Shown piece after piece: positions 48,705-58,983 of a DNA stretch of 64,000 nt (position 1 is its first letter; each line of letters opens with the position of its first letter). The notes under the pieces are model-generated. The model made no database searches. It had not been told where the DNA came from and worked only from the letters and a program-made list of their open reading frames with translations. Source of the DNA: Armatimonadota bacterium (GTDB lineage: Bacteria; Armatimonadota; UBA5829; DTLH01); assembly GCA_039679675.1 (NCBI GenBank), contig JBDKUN010000042.1, positions 14,745-78,744 of the forward strand. The letters run 5' to 3'. Made by a program: the position numbers and the translations under genes.

Positions 48705-50063
48705 ATGATGATGCAGTCCACAAACACTCGAAATACACATAAACTCACCGAAGAGGGAGTACAGAGCCTTCTGGTAAAGTATATGGCGTCTCGCAACGTC
48801 GCAGTCCGTGACCAGATCGTGCTTCAATACGGCAACCTGGTGGAAAGCATAGCCCGGCGATTCGTCTGTGCATGTGAACCGGTGGAAGATCTGGTGCAGG
48901 AAGGTTACATCGGACTGATTACGTCTGTAGACCTGTACGATCCTTCCAAAGGCGTGAAATTCTCCACATATGCAACGCACTTTATTATAGGCCAGATAAA
49001 GCACTACCTCCGCGATAAGGGTAAGATCATCAAGGAACCTGCCTGGCTTCAGGAGCTTAACCAACGGGTAAGCAGGGTCATCGACTCGCTGACGCAGAAA
49101 AACGGCCGTCCGCCTACCGAACAAGAAGTAGGTGAGGTCATGGATTTGCCCGAAGACAGCGTAGCGGAACTCCTTACGACACGGGAAGTCTTCAAAGTAT
49201 CTTCGCTCGACGCGGGGACCGACAGGGATGACGGTTCGGGTTATCCGGTGGACACGGACAAGATCAAAGATCAGAAGTATACCACTTTCCAGCTGCCGTT
49301 AGAAGATAAAATCGTACTTGAGACAGCCATGGATAGGTTGAAGTCTATAGAACAGAAAGTCATCTACGAATTCTATTACATGGACCACAACCAGACTGAG
49401 ATAGCCCGAAAACTCAATATTTCATGCAATTATGTCTCTCATATCCTGAGAAACAGCACAAAGAAGCTGAAAAAGATCCTGATGACGGATGAGATCAGAG
49501 ATGCGCAGATACAGGTGTCGCAGCTATCCAGGCGTCTGCAGGACCAGAACAGAGTACTGGAGCAGTATACGGTCGTAGATACTCTGACCGGAGTATATAA
49601 CCGCAAGTATCTCATGGAACGGCTCGACGAAGAAATAAACCGGGCATGCCGCTATAACCATCCGGTCGGACTGGTGCTCGTGCGAATAGAACTGCCCGAA
49701 ACCATAGGTCGGTTGACCAAGCTGATCAGGACTGACGATATTCTGGCGCAGGCGGCGCAGAAAATCCGGGCATCTGTGCGAAAAGGGGATGTCGTAGCGA
49801 GGTTCGACGATCAGATATTTGCAATAATCTTGCCTCATGCCGGAGTCCAGGCTGCCAATGTCGCAGAACGTGTTCAAAAATCACTTATAAAAGATACGCT
49901 GCAGCCTGCCGAAAACAATGAGACTGTCCACGCTGAAGTCGATACATCATGGGCATCATATCCGACGCAGGCTACGAACGCGGATGATCTCGTCAAAGCC
50001 GTAACGACCGGACTTGGTATTGCCGAAACTGAAACCGAGCTTGAGCTCACGCGAGCAGCATAA
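48705..50063 (+). CDS. SigB/SigF-family sigma factor fused to a degenerate GGDEF domain
   Basis: Region 2 DLVQEGYIGL..YDPSKGVKFSTYA..IIGQIKHYLRDK, region 3 RPPTEQEV, region 4 QTEIARKLNIS..YVS; then DTLTGVYNR...RKGDVVARFDDQIF. Confidence 0.9.
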   Translation: MMMQSTNTRNTHKLTEEGVQSLLVKYMASRNVAVRDQIVLQYGNLVESIARRFVCACEPVEDLVQEGYIGLITSVDLYDPSKGVKFSTYATHFIIGQIKHYLRDKGKIIKEPAWLQELNQRVSRVIDSLTQKNGRPPTEQEVGEVMDLPEDSVAELLTTREVFKVSSLDAGTDRDDGSGYPVDTDKIKDQKYTTFQLPLEDKIVLETAMDRLKSIEQKVIYEFYYMDHNQTEIARKLNISCNYVSHILRNSTKKLKKILMTDEIRDAQIQVSQLSRRLQDQNRVLEQYTVVDTLTGVYNRKYLMERLDEEINRACRYNHPVGLVLVRIELPETIGRLTKLIRTDDILAQAAQKIRASVRKGDVVARFDDQIFAIILPHAGVQAANVAERVQKSLIKDTLQPAENNETVHAEVDTSWASYPTQATNADDLVKAVTTGLGIAETETELELTRAA

Positions 50064-50144
50064 AGACAACCTCTGCCATTCTTCGCCGGTCTGCATCATT
50101 CGGCAATCGAGTGGTGCGGACCGGCTTTACATCTTTCAACACTC

Positions 50145-50627
50145 TTACTTCTGGTAATCCGTCACCGGAGCCATTGTGATATTGCCGTCTTTTCGATATT
50201 GGAGAATCGCGCCTGGGAATTTGGACTTCATCTTCCCGCTCACCTCGTGATGGCTGCAACTAAGCATTATAAACTCCGCAGGCGACTTCGAATCGGGCTT
50301 TATGTAGACGTAAGAAATGGAGTCTTTCGCTGATTTATCCGCCGGACAGTGAAGCGCCGATGCCGGAAGATAGTCAGGCACAAGGTCATTCAGGCTGTCC
50401 GGGTAAGCATCCTGTTTTGTATAATACCGTTCTATTGCGTCTCCGACCTTCTCTATGTTAATCCTGCATTCGGTGAGGTCTTTCGCGTAAGTGGTCTTAT
50501 AGAACGATGCCAGAACTACAGTCAGAAATATAACTACTGCGACAACGAACACCGAACACCCAATGAGCGCCGGGCGCAATCTTCTCGGTTTACGGATGGT
50601 ATAAATCTGCTTATTATCGTTTTCCAA
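50145..50627 (-). CDS. Pilin/pseudopilin-like membrane protein lacking a clear prepilin cleavage motif
   Basis: TM helix then C..NI..VG.AI..Y......YP.SL..LVPDYL.....CPAD, as in GspG-like pilins. Confidence 0.6.
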   Translation of the reverse strand: MENDNKQIYTIRKPRRLRPALIGCSVFVVAVVIFLTVVLASFYKTTYAKDLTECRINIEKVGDAIERYYTKQDAYPDSLNDLVPDYLPASALHCPADKSAKDSISYVYIKPDSKSPAEFIMLSCSHHEVSGKMKSKFPGAILQYRKDGNITMAPVTDYQK

Positions 50628-50857
50628 AATATCTATTCCTCGTTCTCGATAATAGCCTAGCTTGGAGCGAAAGTCAACGATTTAGCTATCAGCTGTCAGT
50701 AATCAGCTTTTGAACCGCGGAGACACGGAATGATGGGGAAACGCGGAAGTTGGAGACTTAAAGCATCTATGATGGCACGTGGGATATATGATCCCGTGCG
50801 CATTAGCAATAATACCGGGCTACGTGCATTTCATATCCGCTGGCTGTCCATGAAACA

Positions 50858-50888
50858 AAGGACGGGGCTTGGAACCCCCCGTCCTATC
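50858..50888 (-). terminator. Terminator of iorAB
   Basis: Minus strand AGGACGGGGGG-TTCCAAG-CCCCGTCCT followed by TTGTTT. Confidence 0.6.
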
Positions 50889-50897
50889 ATGATTAGC

Positions 50898-51473
50898 TTA
50901 CAGTCCTCTTCCTGCTGCGAATGCCTTCAGGTTTACGTCTTTGTGTTTTGCCGGAACGAGTTCAACGAGCGCCTGCTCCCAGACTGATTTCTCAATATCC
51001 ATCAGCTTGGAGAGCGCACCGACTAGGATAATATTCACGGTCCTGATGTTTCCGAGCTCATGGGCTATCTTGAGCGCGTCTATGACCTTGTAGTTCTTAT
51101 ACGCGCGAGCGATTCTCTCTTCGATATCATCGATCCACGGCTGCTGGCCGCTTGAGACGGTCACAGGGATGATGGCCTGGCGGTTGATGAGCGCGACTCC
51201 GTTGGGAGCGACCGTATCTGCATACCTGAGCGACTCGACAAGCTCGAAACTCATCAGAAAATCGGTCTCGCCCGCCGGAATGATCGGTGAATATACCTTA
51301 TCGCCGATTCTGACCTCGCTCACGACGCTTCCGCCGCGCTGGGCCATACCGTGGACTTCACTCTTTTTGACATCCTTGCCAGAAAGCATTCCGGCGCGAG
51401 AAATAACTTCACTCGCAAGGAGGGTCCCCTGCCCGCCTACGCCTACAAGCGATATGTTTATCGTTTTATTCAT
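50898..51473 (-). CDS. iorB: Indolepyruvate:ferredoxin oxidoreductase beta subunit
   Basis: GVGGQG, SEVHGMAQRGGSV, NLKAF. Confidence 0.94.
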   Translation of the reverse strand: MNKTINISLVGVGGQGTLLASEVISRAGMLSGKDVKKSEVHGMAQRGGSVVSEVRIGDKVYSPIIPAGETDFLMSFELVESLRYADTVAPNGVALINRQAIIPVTVSSGQQPWIDDIEERIARAYKNYKVIDALKIAHELGNIRTVNIILVGALSKLMDIEKSVWEQALVELVPAKHKDVNLKAFAAGRGL

Positions 51474-53269
51474 CGGGCTGCCTCCTCAAGGATATTTTCT
51501 TTGATCGCGCCGTATTTACATACCTGCTCGCACATTCCGCAACCTGCGCAGAGCACCGGGCTGACCTTTACCTTGCGAAGATTCGGCTTCGCCGGGTCGG
51601 CGTCTCCGAGCTCGAGTGCAGGGCATCCGAGCTTGAGACATGCTCTGCAGCCTCGGCATGCGTCTGTGTCGACAACAAATTGCCTGGTGACTTTCAACTT
51701 ATATCCCAGAACGCACGGCCGCTTCGCTACGACGACGGACGGCTCAGGAGAGTCCATCTCCTCTTTCAGAACCTCTTCGACCTCTTTAAGATTGTAGCAA
51801 TCCACCTCACGCACGCGATTTATGCCGATACCTTTTGCAACCTGCTCTATCGTAACGGCGGTTGTCGGCTCGCACATGAGCGTCTTGCCGGTCCCTGGGT
51901 TGTCCTGGTGTCCGGTCATAGCTGTAATGCGGTTATCGAGGACGACGACAGTGCTCGTTCCCTTGTTGTAGACTACGTTCAGGAGTCCGGTCATCCCGGA
52001 GTGGAAAAACGTAGAGTCGCCGAGGACTGCCGCTGTTCTGTTGCTGTGTCCAGCTTTCTCAAGCCCATGCGCGTTACCAATGCTTGCGCCCATGCAGACT
52101 GTTGAATCAATGGCGTCAAGCGGCTTGAACGCGCCCAGAGTATAGCATCCGATGTCACTCGTAACGGTCGCTTTCAACTTATTCAGGGCATAGAAGACGC
52201 CTCTGTGCCCGCACCCGGCGCAGAGCACCGGCGGCCTTGAAGGAAGCCCCTCGCCTACCCCCTTGCTCGGAATGACCGGCTTTGCTTCTTTGTAAATCTC
52301 CGCCCTAAGCTCCCTCAAGCGCTGAGGGTTCAGCTCATAAATGTGAAGCTGTGTCTCGTGGCCCTCGACCTTGATGCCCATTGCCCGAATCTGTTCTTCA
52401 AGGAACGGGTCGAGCTCTTCCACGACGTATAGCTGCTTCACGCTCTTTGCAAACTCGGCTATCATCTTGGTGGGCAGCGGATTGGTGAATCCCAGCTTCA
52501 AAACGCTTGCCTCCGGGAAGACTTCCTTTACATACTGGTACGAAATCCCCGAAGTGACGATCCCTATTTCGTTGCTGCCCTTTTCGATTCTATTGAACCG
52601 GCAGGTTTCGGAGTATTCGCGCAGCTTTTTCGTCCGCTCTTCGACCTTGACTCTCATTAGTCTCGCGTAGAGCGGAACGGGAAGCGTTTTGGAAATATCT
52701 TTGGTATAAGTCCGGCCGTTTGACGGGAGCGGAGTGAAATCGCCAAGATCGACAACGCTCGAAGCGTGTGAAGTCCGGGTCGTCATCCTGATAATCGCCG
52801 GAGCATCGTATTTTTCCGATACGTCAAATGCTTCGACGGTCATCTCATAGGCTTCCTGGCTGTCGGACGGCTCGAAAAGCGGCGCTTTAGCGAACCTTGC
52901 AAGCACTCTGTTGTCCTGCTCGTTCTGAGAACTGTGCATGCCTGGGTCATCAGCTGTTACGACGACCAATCCACCGTTAACACCGATAAATGTTGCAGTC
53001 ATGAGCGGATCGGCGGCGACATTGAGGCCGACATGCTTCATTGCGGTAAGAGCTCTCTTCCCCGCAAACGAAGCTCCGATCACGACTTCCATCGCCACTT
53101 TTTCATTAACGGACCACTCGCAGTAGATACTGTCTTTGAACTTGGCAACGGTCTCCAATATTTCCGTGCTGGGGGTTCCGGGGTAGGCTGCCGCTACATT
53201 GCAGCCGGCTTTGTAAGCTCCATGCGCAATGGCTTCATTGCCTGAAAGGAACTTTTTAGTTTCTGCCAT
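51470..53269 (-). CDS. iorA: Indolepyruvate:ferredoxin oxidoreductase alpha subunit
   Basis: SGNEAIA, YPGTPSTE, MKHVGLNVAAD, CAGCGH, GDSTFFH, C-terminal 2x[4Fe-4S]; start at MAETKK. Confidence 0.95.
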   Translation of the reverse strand: MAETKKFLSGNEAIAHGAYKAGCNVAAAYPGTPSTEILETVAKFKDSIYCEWSVNEKVAMEVVIGASFAGKRALTAMKHVGLNVAADPLMTATFIGVNGGLVVVTADDPGMHSSQNEQDNRVLARFAKAPLFEPSDSQEAYEMTVEAFDVSEKYDAPAIIRMTTRTSHASSVVDLGDFTPLPSNGRTYTKDISKTLPVPLYARLMRVKVEERTKKLREYSETCRFNRIEKGSNEIGIVTSGISYQYVKEVFPEASVLKLGFTNPLPTKMIAEFAKSVKQLYVVEELDPFLEEQIRAMGIKVEGHETQLHIYELNPQRLRELRAEIYKEAKPVIPSKGVGEGLPSRPPVLCAGCGHRGVFYALNKLKATVTSDIGCYTLGAFKPLDAIDSTVCMGASIGNAHGLEKAGHSNRTAAVLGDSTFFHSGMTGLLNVVYNKGTSTVVVLDNRITAMTGHQDNPGTGKTLMCEPTTAVTIEQVAKGIGINRVREVDCYNLKEVEEVLKEEMDSPEPSVVVAKRPCVLGYKLKVTRQFVVDTDACRGCRACLKLGCPALELGDADPAKPNLRKVKVSPVLCAGCGMCEQVCKYGAIKENILEEAAR

Positions 53270-53569
53270 AGTTTTAAAATCCTTAAAGTAGACTGAGCAT
53301 AGATTTATCAAAAAACGCACCCGTTGAACTGCACGAGCGGCCGCTGCGACTCTGCATCCGGCAATTCAGTTATAACACTTTCCTACGCCTGAGCGCAAGA
53401 GCTGCCTAATCGGTCACAAATTAAGATTACAAACGGAATCTTTGCAGGAAATAACAGGCTGAAGTATAATTAGTAAGTGTAGGGTTTGGCTAATCATCTA
53501 AAGATCAAGCAAGTCTTTATTACCAGCTCAAAATCCTCCCGGACTTTCCGGTGAGCACAAGGTAATCAT

Positions 53570-55639
53570 GTGCCGTTTTGTGACTCGCCGCATGAAATCC
53601 CAGCTATTAACACATTGATGAGGTTACAATTGGACGGAACCCTCCAAGATCAAAAGTCATCTGAGAAAAGTATAAAAGGTAAAAAGCCAGCGCAGCCAAA
53701 AGAACGGCGGGCGTTTCTCACCACAAGGGTAGTAATCCTGGCAATCTTGCTCATAATCGTAAACGATTACTGGCTTACCCAGATGGAAGTTGTCAGATAC
53801 ATCTTCCCTACTTATGCTGCACCATTCTGGAACGCTATTATTACGCTGTTTGTGCTTATTCTCCTGAACATGCCGGTCAAACGCATATTCCCCAGAATAG
53901 CCCTTGCCCGGACGGAACTACTTGCAATTTACGTGATGGTATCCATCGGTTCAGCAGTCTGCTCCCACAACATGATGCAGATCCTTGTGTCCATGATGGG
54001 ATATCCCACGTGGTTCGCGACACCTGAGAACAACTGGCACGAACTTTTCGGAAAAGACCTGCCGTCATGGCTCTTCGTATCAGACCAAAATTCACTCAGG
54101 AACTTTTATATGGGCGGATCGTCGCTCTATTTGCCGCAAAACTGGCGTCCTTGGGTCTTGCCTGCGGCAGCATGGTCCGGGTTCTGCTTTGCGCTTCTCT
54201 TCACGATGCTCTGCATAAACAGCATCTTCAGAAAGCACTGGATCGAGTCCGAGAAGCTGACATTCCCGATTGTCCAACTGCCGCTTGAGATGGTAAATGG
54301 GAGCGAGACCGGGTTCTGGCGCAATCCTTACATGCGAGCCGGGTTCGCTGTAGCCGCAGGCATAACCTTCCTGAACGGGTTGAACTGCATTTTCCCATCC
54401 ATCCCTGCATTGCCGATCAAAAGGGTCGATATGTCGCAGTATTTCACCACCCCGCCATGGAATGGGATCGGTCAGTTCAACAGAGCGTTTTATATGTTTG
54501 CGATAGGCCTCGCATTCCTGATGCCGCTCGATCTGTCGTTTTCATGCTGGTTCTTCTTCCTTTTGCAAAAGGTTGAACTGGTAGTGTCTACTGCTGCGGG
54601 TTGGAACCAGGTAAGCATCGCGGGTGGAGGGTTCGACAACACATATCCCTGCACAAGCAGCCAGGCATTCGGCGCATATATGGCTGTATGTGTGCTTACG
54701 CTGTGGTCAGGCAGACATTATCTGAAAAACGTATGGCAGACTGCGTTCACGAAGACTAAAGTGATCGATGAATCGAATGAACCCGTTAAGTACCGCACGG
54801 CGATACTGGGCGCAGCCGCAGGTTTCCTGGCCATATCGCTGTTTGCATATTTCATGGGTGTCTCCCCTATTGTTATAGTTGTCTTCTTCCTGGTTTATTT
54901 TGCACTTGCTATAACGGTCACCAGGATACGGGCGCAATTAGGTTTTCCTGCCCACGATATGCACATGATGGGGCCCCACAACCTGATGCTTACGGCTACA
55001 CCGAGTGAGTCGCTCGGTCCGAACAACCTGATAGGCTTTATGTCGTTCTACTGGTTCAACAGGACATATGCAAGCCACCCGATGCCCCACCAGCTTGAGG
55101 GGTTCAAGATGGGCGAGCGCATGAAGTCCTCGGCGAAAGAGATGTTTTACGTATGTGTAATAGCATCCGCAGTCGCAATGCCTATAGGGTTCTGGATGAT
55201 ATTGCACAACTACTTCCATTACGGAGCAGGCACAGCAAAAGTGCAGTGCTGGGCACTGGGACATGGCCAGGAAGCTGTTCAGAACCTGACAAAATGGCTG
55301 TCTAACCCGACTCCTGCCAACGCAACATCGCTGGAGTTCGTCGGCGTTGGGTTCGGATTTGCCTGGTTCCTCAATTTTATGAGGATGAAGTTCATCTGGT
55401 TCCCGTTCTACCCTCTGGCGTATGCAGTCGCAAACAGCTGGGGAATGTCGCAATTGTGGCTGCCGGTACTCATCGGAAGCACGGTGAAGTTCCTGTTGAT
55501 GAAGTTCGGAGGACGCAGCGCTTACCAACGGTTCGTTCCGTTCTTCCTCGGTCTCATACTTGGAGAAATGGTAACCGGCGGATTCTGGACACTGTACGGA
55601 ATAATCGGCGGGTTCAGAGCATACGAGTTCTGGCCGTAA
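53570..55639 (+). CDS. Large polytopic membrane protein (DUF6785/DUF6784-like, putative transporter)
   Basis: About 16-18 TM; W...EKLTFPIVQLP, WFPFYPLAY, PFFLGLILGE; true start uncertain. Confidence 0.7.
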   Translation: MPFCDSPHEIPAINTLMRLQLDGTLQDQKSSEKSIKGKKPAQPKERRAFLTTRVVILAILLIIVNDYWLTQMEVVRYIFPTYAAPFWNAIITLFVLILLNMPVKRIFPRIALARTELLAIYVMVSIGSAVCSHNMMQILVSMMGYPTWFATPENNWHELFGKDLPSWLFVSDQNSLRNFYMGGSSLYLPQNWRPWVLPAAAWSGFCFALLFTMLCINSIFRKHWIESEKLTFPIVQLPLEMVNGSETGFWRNPYMRAGFAVAAGITFLNGLNCIFPSIPALPIKRVDMSQYFTTPPWNGIGQFNRAFYMFAIGLAFLMPLDLSFSCWFFFLLQKVELVVSTAAGWNQVSIAGGGFDNTYPCTSSQAFGAYMAVCVLTLWSGRHYLKNVWQTAFTKTKVIDESNEPVKYRTAILGAAAGFLAISLFAYFMGVSPIVIVVFFLVYFALAITVTRIRAQLGFPAHDMHMMGPHNLMLTATPSESLGPNNLIGFMSFYWFNRTYASHPMPHQLEGFKMGERMKSSAKEMFYVCVIASAVAMPIGFWMILHNYFHYGAGTAKVQCWALGHGQEAVQNLTKWLSNPTPANATSLEFVGVGFGFAWFLNFMRMKFIWFPFYPLAYAVANSWGMSQLWLPVLIGSTVKFLLMKFGGRSAYQRFVPFFLGLILGEMVTGGFWTLYGIIGGFRAYEFWP

Positions 55640-55667
55640 TATTAGGATGTAGGATTTTATACAGTCT

Positions 55668-55698
55668 CGAAAGGGCGGGGTTCCAACCCCGCCCTTTC
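55668..55698. terminator. Hairpin terminator / REP-like palindrome
   Basis: GAAAGGGCGGGGTT-CC-AACCCCGCCCTTTC. Confidence 0.65.
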
Positions 55699-55868
55699 TA
55701 CCTTATGCTTCGGGACCGCAGTTCGTCCTACTACCCCGTGGACCTACTGGACCACGGGGAAAAGCGCGAGTCTCCACCAATCCGACAAGTTATTTATTCT
55801 GGGGGAACGGCAGGTCTGCACAATCTATTGATTTACACAGATTTAATTTCCGCAGCAGCATAGAATTT

Positions 55869-56104
55869 CCGATAGAAAAGCGACCTTAAGGCATTCTGAA
55901 TCGCGAAATGCGTGAAGAAGCTCGAAAGATACGAAACTCGACACCTACGGCGTCGGCTTCGGTGGCAAGCAAACCGAAGCAAGGTAAAAGGGATTGATGA
56001 AGATTTGAGGGTCTTATTGTAGATGCTTTAAGTCTCTACTATTCGTGAAATCCGTTAAATCCGCGTAATTCGCGTTTCAGAATGACGGATAGTGGATGCC
56101 GATA
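55869..56104. repeat. Composite intergenic repeat, copy 2 (inverted relative to 6.7-7.0 kb)
   Basis: Shares four blocks with 6711-7040 on the opposite strand. Confidence 0.85.
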
Positions 56105-56129
56105 CTCTTATGCTTCTGAGCCACAGGCA

Positions 56130-57218
56130 TTACTCTATAGCCAGTGGTGTATCTGCCTGCTTACCCCAGTTTTCGCACCATACGGGGATCAGAATAAACA
56201 AACTGGAAAAGAAAAAGCTGGTAATAGTCGAAAACACCAAGCTCATTATAATCAAAATAAAATACCTCTCCTTATTCATTAAATTCTGATCGAATAAGGC
56301 ACCTACTACAGCCATTAAGAAAACACCGATTGTCAGAGCTCTTACTTTCAAGTTTCTATTTCTTGCCCTCGCAACCCAAACTGCTGTTACTGCTGCCAAT
56401 AGAATATCAACAGCCGTGCTACCAAACTGCCACGGCTTGATGTAGGTTAAATACGCAAAGCCAGCTAAAGATAACAGAAACAACGAGGCGCGAATTGCAT
56501 TTCCATATGCGTGGAGCTCGAAAATAATACGTGCAAATATAACCAGCATAACCAGCTGAGTTATCATACCCGTGACTATCGCCATAAAATTTGCTGTCCC
56601 AGTTGAACCGTTTCGAAGAACAGCAAACGCACATATAAGATAGATACCGCACAAGATACCTGCTGCCAATTGCCACTTGCGCACAGCTATCGCACTAGTT
56701 AAAAAGATGACTGATAAGCCAAGTCCTGAAATCACGGCTGCCTTTAGCTCGACAATAACGGATGGATTAGCTGGGTACTTAACCACTTGATACACTAAAC
56801 TTACAGCTGTAGCCATGGCTATTGCAAGCCATGATGAAAGCCATATCGGGCGTCTTCCACGTATCAGCTCTCGGATACTCACAACTGACGTAATTACACA
56901 GGTCGCAGCTAAAGGCCATATCCAATGCTGATGAGTTTTCTGAAGAAAAAGCAACAGGAATGCTGCCAAAAACGGCAGCACGGTCAATAGCACAGATTTC
57001 CAGCTTGCGATGTTGTGTGCGGCGTTTATTCTGAATGCGACATCTTGCGGCGAACCCATTCGTCTCTCGGTTTCTATCTCGACCTTTGATGCTGGCGTTC
57101 CCGAAGCAACCAACTCGTCCCAGATGTCCGCCATATGAGACTGTAACTCTCTCAGCACCTCCGACTTTTCCGCCGGAGGTATATCCAAAAGCATTTCGAC
57201 CTGCTGCAAGTATGTCAT
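56130..57218 (-). CDS. Membrane protein with N-terminal HAAS/permease-prefix domain
   Basis: YL.....L......EVLREL.SH...GSP..VA then multiple TM; follows PadR. Confidence 0.75.
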   Translation of the reverse strand: MTYLQQVEMLLDIPPAEKSEVLRELQSHMADIWDELVASGTPASKVEIETERRMGSPQDVAFRINAAHNIASWKSVLLTVLPFLAAFLLLFLQKTHQHWIWPLAATCVITSVVSIRELIRGRRPIWLSSWLAIAMATAVSLVYQVVKYPANPSVIVELKAAVISGLGLSVIFLTSAIAVRKWQLAAGILCGIYLICAFAVLRNGSTGTANFMAIVTGMITQLVMLVIFARIIFELHAYGNAIRASLFLLSLAGFAYLTYIKPWQFGSTAVDILLAAVTAVWVARARNRNLKVRALTIGVFLMAVVGALFDQNLMNKERYFILIIMSLVFSTITSFFFSSLFILIPVWCENWGKQADTPLAIE

Positions 57219-57227
57219 AATTGCCCC

Positions 57228-57566
57228 TTAAGCTGTGGCTCCCTGGTCGAGCACATGGTTCATGTTCAACTGGAATTTACGCCACTCTGCCTGCAGTCTC
57301 GCAAGCTCCCCATTGCCTTTTGCCGTAATCCGATACATCCTGCGCTCTCTGGTCCCGGATGCTTGCTCCCAGTAACCTTCGATCAAGCCATCTTCCTCCA
57401 TGCGATGCAGGTGCGGATAAAGCGTGCCTTCCCGCATCTGGAAATAGCTCTCGCTCATCGAGTCGAGCGCCTTGACTATCCCATAGCCGTGCAGCGGGCC
57501 CCTGGCAAGGCAGGAAAGTATCAATACAGTAGCGTTACCTTTTAGAAGTTCAGTTGGTGCGGACAC
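57228..57566 (-). CDS. PadR-family transcriptional regulator
   Basis: LLKG..LILS.L..GPLHGYGI, EGTLYPHLHRME, RRMYRITAKG; GTG start behind AAGAGG. Confidence 0.92.
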   Translation of the reverse strand: MSAPTELLKGNATVLILSCLARGPLHGYGIVKALDSMSESYFQMREGTLYPHLHRMEEDGLIEGYWEQASGTRERRMYRITAKGNGELARLQAEWRKFQLNMNHVLDQGATA

Positions 57567-57692
57567 AATATGCCTCTTATTTCTATACATCGCTATATGA
57601 GGTATTATACCACACAAGCAGGCGCTGTCAATCCCCAAAGTTATATTTTAATGTTCAAAGTTGATGAGTACAACATCATTCCGGGCTGCCAC

Positions 57693-57760
57693 AACGTCAT
57701 GCTGAGCTTGACTCAGCATCCAGGAAAACAATGGACCCTGAATCAAGTTCAGGGTGACGT
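57693..57760. repeat. REP-like inverted palindrome doublet
   Basis: GTCATGCTGAGCTTGACTCAGCATC ... GACCCTGAATCAAGTTCAGGGTGAC; one arm recurs at 6839-6872. Confidence 0.8.
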
Positions 57761-57828
57761 ACTCCCATCCATGATGGCGTGTGGTTGTTCATGGTGATGT
57801 ATAATTTTCATTTAGGGTGAACTGTTAC

Positions 57829-58941
57829 TTATATTTTGATGTTCAGCTCTGTTCCGTCCGTAGCACACTTGCCGTCAGGAGTTACGGCGAGGATTTTTGT
57901 CGAATATCCAGCTCGCTCGACCGCGAGAGTCCCGTCGGTGTAACAATATGTGTTTTCTCCGGTATCTGTGGGCATATTGCCCAGGTAAACGAACTTCAGC
58001 CCCTCTTCACGGCCGATTTCAGCCGCGCGATAAAGCGTTTCAGGCGGTGTAGGCGGCACATCCTGCAGTTTTGCATAAGGGAAAAACCGCGTGACGTGCC
58101 ACGGGGTCAAATCCCCCAGATTACCGGCTATCCAACGGGCAATCTGCCTTAAATTGCTCTCGGAATCGTTCCATGTCGGGATGATATTGGTCACGCACTC
58201 CACATGCATCCCCCATTTGTCCTTGGCATACTTCGCCATCTCAAGAATTCCACTGACTGACGGCACCTTTATCAGTTTTCGATAGAAATCGTCCTCCATA
58301 CTCTTGATATCCACGCGATATACATCGAGATAGGGGCCGATGGTGTCGATGTGCTCTTTTGTAGCATAGCCGTTCGTAACATAAACAGTATGGAGCCCGG
58401 CTGCCTTTGCGAGTTTGGCGCAGTCCAGGGTGTAATTCAGCCATATACCCGGCTCGTTATATGTCCAGGCTACGATTTCGCTTCCGGACTCCTGAGCAGC
58501 GCGGACGAAATCCTCAGGCATGAACCCGTATTGACACATCCCGCTCGGCTGAACGGCGTCCGCGAAGGATATCTGCCAGTTCTGGCAGAAAAGACACCTA
58601 AAATTGCAGCCGAGAGTGCCGACGGAGTAGCACAAACTGCCGGGCTTGTAGTGGAACACAGGCTTTTTCTCGATCGGGTCGGCAGAAGCGGAGGAAATGA
58701 CGCCGTAAATAGTCGTGTAGAGTGTGCCTCCGACATTGACCTTGGTCATGCAGAATCCTGACTTGCCCTCAGGGACGTTACACCGCCGCTGGCAGATATT
58801 GCACCGCACCCGACCGCCGTCCAGCTTCTCCTGGAGCAGCGCTTCGCGCGCGGCGCCTTCCTTGAGAAGCATCTGCCACTCAGCATCGCTTACATCTATA
58901 AGCTCGGATTCATTTACTATGCTTTCCCTGGATGATCCCAT
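57829..58941 (-). CDS. amrS: AmmeMemoRadiSam system radical SAM enzyme
   Basis: CNICQRRC, DPIEKKP.FHY.PG, GCNFRCLFCQNWQIS, TYNEP, PWHVTRFFP. Confidence 0.92.
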   Translation of the reverse strand: MGSSRESIVNESELIDVSDAEWQMLLKEGAAREALLQEKLDGGRVRCNICQRRCNVPEGKSGFCMTKVNVGGTLYTTIYGVISSASADPIEKKPVFHYKPGSLCYSVGTLGCNFRCLFCQNWQISFADAVQPSGMCQYGFMPEDFVRAAQESGSEIVAWTYNEPGIWLNYTLDCAKLAKAAGLHTVYVTNGYATKEHIDTIGPYLDVYRVDIKSMEDDFYRKLIKVPSVSGILEMAKYAKDKWGMHVECVTNIIPTWNDSESNLRQIARWIAGNLGDLTPWHVTRFFPYAKLQDVPPTPPETLYRAAEIGREEGLKFVYLGNMPTDTGENTYCYTDGTLAVERAGYSTKILAVTPDGKCATDGTELNIKI

Positions 58942-58983
58942 GATTTTAACCTCTATCTGCTACTACCCATATCATAAAATATT

